Positions 48,364-55,475 of a DNA stretch of 55,475 nt are shown here, piece by piece. Positions within the stretch are counted from its first letter, which is position 1. Each line of letters begins with the position of its first letter. Source of the stretch: a virus (lineage: Duplodnaviria; Caudoviricetes). Position numbers and translations under genes: made by a program. Location: positions 1 through 55,475 of the IMG/VR virus record IMGVR_UViG_3300025430_000028. One strand, 5' to 3'. The notes under the pieces were generated by a model, which saw only the letters and a program-made list of their open reading frames with translations, did not search any database and was not told the origin of the DNA.

Positions 48364-49388
48364 TATCTTGGTGTTGATGATAAAATATTTCTTCTTTCTT
48401 TAACCGTTAGATTTGATTTTCTTCTTCTTCCTACTGCTTTACAATTATTACATCTTAAAGATTCATATGAGCTAACAGTAGTCATATATGATTTACCTGT
48501 TTCTGTAAGGTCATTAGAGCCGCAAGAAGGGCATCTTTCATGTTCGTCTAATATAAATAGACCCATGTTAGGGTGAGGTTTAATATAAGGCCTTAATTTA
48601 AGATAATTTTCTTCTAGGCTAGTAACATCTCCTACATTATATTCTTCCATCTTTTTTAAAGACTCTACATCTCCCTTATAACATTTATCCCATAGTTCAA
48701 AACCACCTGTATCTACTTTTCTTGGAGTTCCTAAAGACATATTTATATACTCTTGCTTATTTGAAATAAAAGCCAACTGTCTTTTAACTGCTTTTAAAGT
48801 ATCTATTGATTGGTAAGGTAGCGCAGGAGGCATACCATGTAATAAAAATCTAGTATTTAATCTAGGCAAATCAAACTTATCTCCATTATGAGTAATAACT
48901 ATATCTGCTTGGTTTAAAAGTTCCCATATACCTTGCATTATTCTTTTATCATTCCTTTCCAATGCTTCTTTAGAAGTTAATCTACCAGAATAAACTTTAT
49001 CTTCAAATAACCATTTAGCGGCCCATGTAAAACAAAACCAATCGTTTATTATTTGATGTATCCCTACGTTCTGCTGCCATATATTCCAAACAAAAACCAT
49101 TAGAGGGGCAGTTTCTATATCCAAAATAAGAACTTTTGCGGAAGTATTTATGATTTCAGGCTTTGTATTTGTTGTATCGTAGTTCAATGGCTTAGGTTGC
49201 GTAGCTAAAACTCTATTTTTTTTACCATGATGCCCTCTTATATCTCTAACAACTGTTCTTACTGACTCTATATCTTTAAATAAGTTTGGGTTTTCATTAA
49301 AAATCTTTTTTGAAAGAGTGTAGTCTTTCATTTCTTTAAATTGAGAACAATAATTCTCAACTATAGATTTTTTTGTAACTGGTTGCAT
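48363..49388 (-). CDS. DEDD 3'-5' exonuclease (DnaQ/RNase H-like) with C-terminal Zn ribbon
   Basis: LILDIET, HNG..FD, YN.GDV; CPSC/CNNC. Confidence 0.85.
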   Translation of the reverse strand: MQPVTKKSIVENYCSQFKEMKDYTLSKKIFNENPNLFKDIESVRTVVRDIRGHHGKKNRVLATQPKPLNYDTTNTKPEIINTSAKVLILDIETAPLMVFVWNIWQQNVGIHQIINDWFCFTWAAKWLFEDKVYSGRLTSKEALERNDKRIMQGIWELLNQADIVITHNGDKFDLPRLNTRFLLHGMPPALPYQSIDTLKAVKRQLAFISNKQEYINMSLGTPRKVDTGGFELWDKCYKGDVESLKKMEEYNVGDVTSLEENYLKLRPYIKPHPNMGLFILDEHERCPSCGSNDLTETGKSYMTTVSSYESLRCNNCKAVGRRRKSNLTVKERRNILSSTPR

Positions 49389-49420
49389 TATTTATTTTTA
49401 AGTATAACAAAAATAATATA

Positions 49421-49449
49421 AAAAAACCCATCAGAATCACGCTGATGGG
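49421..49449 (-). terminator. intrinsic terminator
   Basis: 8-bp stem CCCATCAG/CTGATGGG followed by a U-run on the minus strand. Confidence 0.7.
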
Positions 49450-49639
49450 CAAAATTCACTTACTGGAAGCTACTAACCTTTAAAATCAATATAAAATTAG
49501 TCTTTTTTATCATAAAAATCACTATTTTTTAATAAATTTTAGATATTTATAACTATATATGATATAAGACCCCATATGATAAACGCTATTATGCACATTA
49601 CAATTGCGCCTATTTTAGAATCAAAATCAAAATTTTCCA

Positions 49640-50254
49640 TCATTTAAAGTTTAAAACGCTTATATAAAATGATTTATTGTGTTTCATTATAGATGCACCA
49701 GATAATTTAGGTTCTGCATTCATTAAAGCATTCCTATGCCCATAATTAGGATTATTATTATCAATAAGCAAGTCCATAACTATATCTATAGGGTCAAAGC
49801 TATTGTAAGATATTACTTCCCAACAGTTACATTTAGCATTTATTGACTCCTGAGTTTTTCTTTCATGCCCATAATAGTCTGCTGATTCTTTTGCATGAGC
49901 ATATGCACTTATATAAACTAAAGAATCAGGATAAAAAATATCAACAGGCTTTACGGTTTGCATGAATTTTAAAAGACTAACATAATAAGGATTACTTCTA
50001 TTCATTTTTTCGTATCTCTTTGGGTAGTCCCACTTTAATACTATTGTCTTATAAAATAAACTAGGATATTTTCTCAAGCAATTAACAACCCATATATAAT
50101 CTTTTTCTCTTTGATTCATGTACTTACAATTCTTAGCTGTATTACACTCTTCATATACATTACTATCCCATCTTGAGTCATATAGCGATAATGGATTTTG
50201 ACTAAAAGAACTAAAGCAAATAGTTAATAGGATACAAGTTAAAGTTACTTTCAT
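49640..50254 (-). CDS. secreted CAP/SCP-domain protein
   Basis: Signal peptide ending FSSFS-Q; A..HA, GH, E.ISY and LLID......GHR.ALM motifs. Confidence 0.75.
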   Translation of the reverse strand: MKVTLTCILLTICFSSFSQNPLSLYDSRWDSNVYEECNTAKNCKYMNQREKDYIWVVNCLRKYPSLFYKTIVLKWDYPKRYEKMNRSNPYYVSLLKFMQTVKPVDIFYPDSLVYISAYAHAKESADYYGHERKTQESINAKCNCWEVISYNSFDPIDIVMDLLIDNNNPNYGHRNALMNAEPKLSGASIMKHNKSFYISVLNFK

Positions 50255-50562
50255 TATTTTTGTTTTGGTAGTTCGTAATTATTTTTAAGCCATTGAAAGA
50301 ATGTTAAACTTCTAGGAGTAGGTATAGCCATATATATTTCTAGTATATCTTCCCAAGTATATTTAGGTTTAATTTTATTTATTTTAGCATAGTATTTAAC
50401 CTCCTTTGCAAAAAACTTCTTAGATAGTTCATATTCAACTTCTTCATTATTCCTATCTATATCAAATGAAATTAATTCTATATCATCAGGGTGAATTGGG
50501 AGTTCTTCGTTATTATCTTTAACAATCCACCCATCATCAGTTATTTTTAAAATGCCTTTCAT
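50254..50562 (-). CDS. hypothetical protein
   Basis: 102 aa ORF coupled to its neighbours. Confidence 0.7.
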   Translation of the reverse strand: MKGILKITDDGWIVKDNNEELPIHPDDIELISFDIDRNNEEVEYELSKKFFAKEVKYYAKINKIKPKYTWEDILEIYMAIPTPRSLTFFQWLKNNYELPKQK

Positions 50563-50564
50563 TG

Positions 50565-50765
50565 TTAATCTGTTTTAATTGCTTTGTCTCCTAGCCTACT
50601 ATTCTGAACTTTTAAATTCATAATAGAATCGCCAAGTTTTTCTATAATCTGTTTTTCATGTTCTAAATATTTTTTTGCTATTTTAATTACTACAGATTTA
50701 TCGTAAGGGAACATTCTTTCATTTGCTTTCACTTCTGTTATCAAATCTTCTATAGGAAACCTCAT
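50565..50765 (-). CDS. hypothetical protein
   Basis: 66 aa ORF in an operon. Confidence 0.6.
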   Translation of the reverse strand: MRFPIEDLITEVKANERMFPYDKSVVIKIAKKYLEHEKQIIEKLGDSIMNLKVQNSRLGDKAIKTD

Positions 50766-50788
50766 ATGTTTATTTATTTTTTAACCGA

Positions 50789-51073
50789 CTATGACTTCTT
50801 GTTTTTACTTGCAAATTGCTTTGCTTTCTCTACTGAATTAAATCCCCAAGCTTTCAATGCTAAAGCTTTTCTTGTAGGCTCTCCATTTGGTTTTTTCATT
50901 GGACCTTTCATAAATCCAAATCTTGCTGCAAAAGAAACCCTACGAGGATTTGTACCTGATTCTACTGGAGGTTTTAAATGACCACCAGTTTCTTTATTAT
51001 AAGACTCTCTTCCTTTAGCATTAAGACCGCCTTCTGGATTTTTACCTTCTTTTCTTTGCCAAGCTCCTGACAT
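50789..51073 (-). CDS. small basic phage protein (DUF6321-like)
   Basis: AWQRKEGKNPEGGLN.KGR.SY and R.SF.AR...RKALAL.AW. Confidence 0.75.
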   Translation of the reverse strand: MSGAWQRKEGKNPEGGLNAKGRESYNKETGGHLKPPVESGTNPRRVSFAARFGFMKGPMKKPNGEPTRKALALKAWGFNSVEKAKQFASKNKKS

Positions 51074-51296
51074 AATTTATTATTTAGATAACAAATTTAA
51101 TAATATTTTCTTATTTAACTTTATACTATTTGTGTTAAATTACAATACATTGGAAAGTATAAATTTATATTTTACCTTAAATTAGATATTATAATATAAG
51201 ATAGTACGCTAATTAATATTGCCAATAATGAATAAAGTACTATTAATTCTTGAATAGTATTTTTAGGCTTATGATGCATTATTTTAATAATTTTAA

Positions 51297-51384
51297 GCTG
51301 TAGGGGAAGGACTTGAACCTTCAAGGATAATATAATCCGTCTCCGAGACTGGGAGATGTGTCTGCCAATTCCACCACCCTACAG
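51297..51384 (-). tRNA. atypical class II tRNA-like gene (Leu-type body, GUC at the anticodon position)
   Basis: Full cloverleaf by hand: CTGTAGGG/CCCTACAG, D arm GTG..CAC, TCTCC-CAGTCTC-GGAGA, variable stem GGAT/ATCC, GAAGG-TTCAAGT-CCTTC. Confidence 0.7.
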
Positions 51385-51391
51385 TCTAGTA

Positions 51392-51556
51392 TTACATACC
51401 TTTTTTCTTAGGCATAGCTACTTTTTTCAAAGCTGGGTTAGCTTTTTTAGCTGCTGGACTAGCTTTTCTTGTTGCAGATGCTAATATTGCACCAGCTTTA
51501 ACTTTACTGATACCTTCTTTCTTTGCAATTTTTGCTTGAACTGTTTTGAACGACAT
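51392..51556 (-). CDS. small Lys/Ala-rich basic protein, 54 aa (not in ORF track)
   Basis: MSFKTVQAKIAKKEGISKVKAGAILASATRKASPAAKKANPALKKVAMPKKKGM*; lies between the two tRNA genes. Confidence 0.75.
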   Translation of the reverse strand: MSFKTVQAKIAKKEGISKVKAGAILASATRKASPAAKKANPALKKVAMPKKKGM

Positions 51557-51578
51557 ATGGGTTTGTTTTAAAAATGAG

Positions 51579-51649
51579 AAGCGACAATAGGATTCGAACC
51601 TATACAGACAGTACCAAAAACTGTAGTGCTACCGTTACACAATATCGCT
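51579..51649 (-). tRNA. tRNA-Gln(UUG), CCA not encoded
   Basis: AGCGATA/TGTCGCT acceptor, ACAGT-TTTTGGT-ACTGT anticodon arm, ATAGG-TTCGAAT-CCTAT. Confidence 0.85.
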
Positions 51650-51834
51650 TAGTTTAAATATCTTTCAAGCTCATCATTATCCATTGGGATGCAATTAAGC
51701 TTTAATAAACATACATTAATCCTGCTAAGTAATTCATAATCACTTAAAGTATCTGTATTTGGGGGAGATAATTTTGCTTCTTTACTTAATCTTACAAGAA
51801 GCTTTTCGTATTCTTCTCTTTTATGATTATCCAT
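51649..51834 (-). CDS. hypothetical protein
   Basis: 61 aa ORF overlapping the upstream stop. Confidence 0.6.
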   Translation of the reverse strand: MDNHKREEYEKLLVRLSKEAKLSPPNTDTLSDYELLSRINVCLLKLNCIPMDNDELERYLN

Positions 51835-52525
51835 TATTCTTAAATTTATTCCATGCTTCTTTTATTTCTAAATCAGCAGTTGACTTCTCAGTCATGTAAA
51901 TTTTTTTATTAAAGAAATCAGAAGGACAGTTTTTAATTGGATACTTAGTGTATTTTTCAATGTTTAAAAACGAATCTTGGCCGAAATCATATTTACTTTT
52001 ATCAAATGTACTAATATTTTTAACTTCTTCCTCGTTTTTATCTATTTTTTGCATTCCTTTAACAGCTCTGTTATAATATACTCGACACTTATTAGAGCAA
52101 TATCTTGATTTTGTACTTGTATAAAGAAAAGAAACATTACAGTATAAGCATTTCTTTTCTCTTGTTGGTACTCCGATTGTAGTGCTTACCCTTATATTTT
52201 CCTTAGAAACAAGACTTACGTTTGATAGCTCTAAATCTTTACAATATAAATCAACCCAATATTTTTCTCTTTTACTTACATTGAAAATAGATTGCTTATT
52301 GTTTATATCAACTTCTATTTCTTCTAATATTTCATATTTAGGCAGTAACCACTCTTTACATATAGAAGTTATAATAACATCTTTTGATGTTTTATTTTTT
52401 ATACTTTCAAAAATATGACCAACTAATCTTGAATATGGGTCTTTTGTCTGACCGATATAAAACATTTTATTATTTAATGGATTGATTAAACAATAAATAA
52501 ACATCTTGGGTGAGTATTTTTCCAT
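51827..52525 (-). CDS. GIY-YIG-domain protein with Zn-finger (start probably MEKYS)
   Basis: FIYCL.NP....FYIGQT....RL..H; REKYW; CLYC...YCSNKCR. Confidence 0.7.
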   Translation of the reverse strand: MEKYSPKMFIYCLINPLNNKMFYIGQTKDPYSRLVGHIFESIKNKTSKDVIITSICKEWLLPKYEILEEIEVDINNKQSIFNVSKREKYWVDLYCKDLELSNVSLVSKENIRVSTTIGVPTREKKCLYCNVSFLYTSTKSRYCSNKCRVYYNRAVKGMQKIDKNEEEVKNISTFDKSKYDFGQDSFLNIEKYTKYPIKNCPSDFFNKKIYMTEKSTADLEIKEAWNKFKNNG

Positions 52526-52567
52526 AAAGCAAATATAGTGTGTTACGCAATACAAAAAAATATATTA

Positions 52568-52650
52568 CGTAACCTTATTAATTCTGTATCGTAACCTTAT
52601 TAATTCTGTATCGTAACCTTATTAATTCAAGTAACGTAACCTTATTAATT
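52568..52650. repeat. four direct repeats of CGTAACCTTATTAATT at 22/22/23-bp spacing
   Basis: Copies start at 52568, 52590, 52612 and 52635. Confidence 0.95.
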
Positions 52651-53067
52651 TAAAAAAGAAACACCCTTCCCCCTATTTAAAACCTTGTTAAACAACCCCC
52701 ATCCCCAATACCCCAACAACAAAAAACAAAACAGAATATATCCCCAACTAATAAGCCCAAACAGATAACTAACATAAAGTACTAGCAACTTAATTAAATA
52801 GGCTAGAATAGGCTAGAATTGCGCAATAGACATATATATAATAGGATGGCTAACCGTTCCACCATCCAGCCCTTAACCGGCAAACCAATTGCCCACCGGA
52901 GGCCACACGGTTAGGGATAACGGCAACCCGAACGCCTACCAACTCGCCTGTCTGGGGCGGTCTCCTAAGACATTACGGGTGTAATTTTTCCGCACGAGCT
53001 AAATAGGATAGGGATGAATTGGTGATTGATTTAAATTATTTGGCGATTAGTAGGTTGAAATAATGGT

Positions 53068-53075
53068 TATCTTTG
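53068..53075 (+). promoter_or_regulatory. Bacteroidota -7 element TATCTTTG upstream of the recombination operon
   Basis: Consensus match; followed by a hairpin at 53103-53126. Confidence 0.55.
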
Positions 53076-53198
53076 CTTATAGTTCATGTGTTTTCATTGT
53101 TTCCTCTGGCGTTTCTACGTCGGAGGTTTCTCATTTTAACAAGTGATTAACTATTACTTTGGTATATTTTTACGAAATTTGTATCAAACAAGACAACA

Positions 53199-53471
53199 AT
53201 GAATCTAAATCTTAAAGAAACTCAAGAAAAAAATAGAAAGTACAAGTACATCAACAACATTATAGACAATTCAAGGACTATAAAACAGCTTTTAGTAGCT
53301 AAGTCATTGATTGATATTTTTGATGGCGAGTACAATGACTGGTACAGTAAAGAAAATTTACTATCTAATTACTACGAAAAAAAGCAAAGACTTAACTTTA
53401 ATGGAGATAGACCTGTAAAAATGGTTTCCATGATGAGATATTTAATTAATAGACTATTTAAAAAACAATAA
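53199..53471 (+). CDS. hypothetical protein
   Basis: 90 aa, first gene of the plus-strand operon. Confidence 0.65.
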   Translation: MNLNLKETQEKNRKYKYINNIIDNSRTIKQLLVAKSLIDIFDGEYNDWYSKENLLSNYYEKKQRLNFNGDRPVKMVSMMRYLINRLFKKQ

Positions 53472-54001
53472 TGACTATACAAGAATGGCTTAATAAAGAA
53501 CCTTTGGCTGAGGAAATATCATTTAACGATGATGGTAGCCAGTATTTACCTATTGCAATAGTAGAAGAAAAGCTTTCAAGGCTTACAGATGGTTTGTGGA
53601 GTACTACTTCATTTACATATAAAATACAAGAGTTTGGTGAATCTTTAATTATACTAGCATCAATAGAATTAACTGTAACATACAATAGCATAACTAGAAC
53701 TCTTATTGGTTGCACAACATTCTCAGATAAAACTTATGGCATAAATCAAGATTGGCTCGCAACTGCTAAATCAGAATGTATTAAAAATGCATCAAAGGCT
53801 TTAGGATTACAATTTGGTTCAGGACTTAATAATAGACTTGATAAAAAAGTTATCCAACAGAAAACTTCAGATGACATAAAGACTGATAGAATAGTTAAAC
53901 TTATAAATAATTGCAAATCAATAGAAGAGCTTGCAACATATAAAGAAAGCGCACCTATGAAAGAATACATGGCCAAACTTAAAGAATTAACTAACAAATA
54001 A
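53471..54001 (+). CDS. ssDNA-annealing recombinase, Rad52/Sak-like
   Basis: YLPI..VE..L...W and A.SECIKNA.K.LG..FG..LN; adjacent to an exonuclease. Confidence 0.7.
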   Translation: MTIQEWLNKEPLAEEISFNDDGSQYLPIAIVEEKLSRLTDGLWSTTSFTYKIQEFGESLIILASIELTVTYNSITRTLIGCTTFSDKTYGINQDWLATAKSECIKNASKALGLQFGSGLNNRLDKKVIQQKTSDDIKTDRIVKLINNCKSIEELATYKESAPMKEYMAKLKELTNK

Positions 54002-54011
54002 AAACAAACAC

Positions 54012-54731
54012 ATGGACTTTTCAAAAATCAGAATTAGAGCATCTGCTATTGGTAATTTAATGACAGAGCCAAAATTAAAAGCAGATAAAGAAGCCGGTAA
54101 CTTATCAAAGACAGCAGAAAGCTATTTACTTAAAGTATATGCCCAAGAAAAGTACGGAAGAAGAAAAGACATTATTACAAAGCAAATAGAGAAAGGATTA
54201 ACTGCTGAAGAAGATTCTTTAACACTTATAAGCATGTTTGATAGAAAACTTTATCTTAAAAACGAAGAACATGCCTCTACTGAATTCTTTTCAGGTTGCG
54301 CAGACATAGTAGATGATGCTATTATTGATGTTAAATCTTCATGGGATATGGATACATTCTTGCCTAAATTAATGTCAGACCTTGATGATATATACTTTTA
54401 TCAAATGCAAGCCTATATGGAGCTTTATAATAAGCAGGAAGCTAAAGTATGTTTTTGTCTTGTAAATACTCCTGAATCTATACTGCAAAAAGAACGTCAA
54501 AAGCTTTTATATAGTATGAATGTAGCTACAGAAGAATCTCCTGAATACAAACAAGCTGTATCTAAACTAGAACTTAACCATATTTTTGATGATATACCAT
54601 TAGAAGAAAAAGTAATAATTAAACATGTTACTAGAGACGAAGATGTTATAAATAAAATGAGGAGTAAAGTAATTAAAGCTAGAGAGTTTTTAAGTAACTT
54701 TGAACAATTACACACAAAAAATACAAAATAA
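54012..54731 (+). CDS. lambda-exonuclease/YqaJ-like PD-(D/E)XK nuclease
   Basis: IRAS.IG..MT; G...E; GCADI...IDVKSS; YQMQAYM. Confidence 0.8.
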   Translation: MDFSKIRIRASAIGNLMTEPKLKADKEAGNLSKTAESYLLKVYAQEKYGRRKDIITKQIEKGLTAEEDSLTLISMFDRKLYLKNEEHASTEFFSGCADIVDDAIIDVKSSWDMDTFLPKLMSDLDDIYFYQMQAYMELYNKQEAKVCFCLVNTPESILQKERQKLLYSMNVATEESPEYKQAVSKLELNHIFDDIPLEEKVIIKHVTRDEDVINKMRSKVIKAREFLSNFEQLHTKNTK

Positions 54732-54737
54732 CACATT

Positions 54738-54938
54738 ATGCCACACGATAACACTTCCAATATTAGAATCAGTTCAACACTTCTTGATGGTGCAAGAGTA
54801 ATATCTAAAAAGAATGGACAAACGATTTCTGGTTATATTAATCGTATCTTAGCTAAACAAATAGAAAAAGATTTAGCTAAATACTTTAAATATGACAACA
54901 AAAACAATATTAAAGATAACTCCACAAACGCATGTTAG
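54738..54938 (+). CDS. ribbon-helix-helix-like small DNA-binding protein
   Basis: SNIRIS..L.......K.GQTISGYIN.IL. Confidence 0.55.
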   Translation: MPHDNTSNIRISSTLLDGARVISKKNGQTISGYINRILAKQIEKDLAKYFKYDNKNNIKDNSTNAC

Positions 54939-55347
54939 AGCTACTCAAGGTGACAGAATATTCTTTAGAATACCAAGAGAAAAACTTAGACCTCCCGGAC
55001 TAGCTAGATTAAAAAGATTAGAGAAGTATAATCAATACAAAGTAGATTTATCCGCAATAGCGAAGAAACAAAGATTCAGTCTGCCCGAACAAGGCGGACA
55101 TGTTGTTTTTTATATACCTGTTCCTAAAACATGGAAGAAGTATAAAAAGGAACATATGCATCTTAAATTGCACCAATCAAAGCCAGATATTGATAATCTT
55201 GCAAAAGCTATGTTTGACAGCTTATTTGCTGAAGATAAATGTATTGCTGATATTAGATTAACAAAGAAATGGGTTAATGCTGAAGATGGTTGGATTGAGA
55301 TTGATATTGAATTGCCTAAGATAAGAAGCTCTGACAATTTGATATGA
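54892..55347 (+). CDS. rusA: RusA-family Holliday junction resolvase
   Basis: KPDIDNLAKA.FDSL..EDK.I. Confidence 0.85.
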   Translation: MTTKTILKITPQTHVRATQGDRIFFRIPREKLRPPGLARLKRLEKYNQYKVDLSAIAKKQRFSLPEQGGHVVFYIPVPKTWKKYKKEHMHLKLHQSKPDIDNLAKAMFDSLFAEDKCIADIRLTKKWVNAEDGWIEIDIELPKIRSSDNLI

Positions 55348-55359
55348 TTTCCAAAGGTT

Positions 55360-55475
55360 GTATGCCGTAGTTTGTGAGTATTATATACTTGAATTATTTT
55401 GTTTGCTTTGGCTAATTAATTAGCCAAAGCAAACAAAATAATTCAAGTATATAATACTCACAAACTACGGCATAC
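55360..55475. repeat. perfect 116-bp palindrome at the window end
   Basis: 58-bp arms with no loop, centre GCTAATT|AATTAGC between 55417 and 55418. Confidence 0.95.

Noticed and set aside
52568-52650. Mini CRISPR array
   Set aside because: Cores are only 16 bp with 6-7 nt near-identical linkers; no unique spacers and no cas genes.
1-55475. Stop-codon reassignment as seen in some crAss-like phages
   Set aside because: Core genes are full length and densely packed in the standard code, TAG and TGA both serve as stops, and there is no suppressor tRNA.

Overview
The window is a large, probably incomplete, part of an AT-rich dsDNA tailed-phage genome in the standard bacterial code. The host is very likely a Bacteroidota: there are many TAnnTTTG promoter elements, A-rich translation starts without Shine-Dalgarno motifs, and signal peptides cleaved before Gln. 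A minus-strand late region (~0.7-41 kb) has a crAss-like podoviral layout: large terminase, portal, scaffold, major capsid protein, ring/adaptor proteins, GroES, muzzle protein, GNAT, ejection proteins, fibres, and a lysis cassette (holin candidates, unimolecular spanin, GH108 endolysin, secreted nuclease). It is followed by replication and modification genes (SSB, primase-helicase, DUF4373-like initiator, C5 methyltransferase), accessory genes, two tRNA-type genes, an iteron-like non-coding region and a Sak/exonuclease/RusA recombination module. I recognise no DNA polymerase, RNA polymerase or integrase. The strongest candidate for a new system is the fibre module: its proteins all carry Sec signal peptides, and most are rich in the Bacteroidota O-glycosylation sequon D-(S/T)-(A/I/L/M/T/V), suggesting fibres that are exported and glycosylated by the host. 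Other highlights are a dual-frame two-subunit C5 methyltransferase with a G10 tract, a small gene nested in the giant ejection protein, a histidine-phosphatase-like domain in that protein, and an atypical tRNA-like RNA. All family calls come from motif recognition by eye; no database searches were run.
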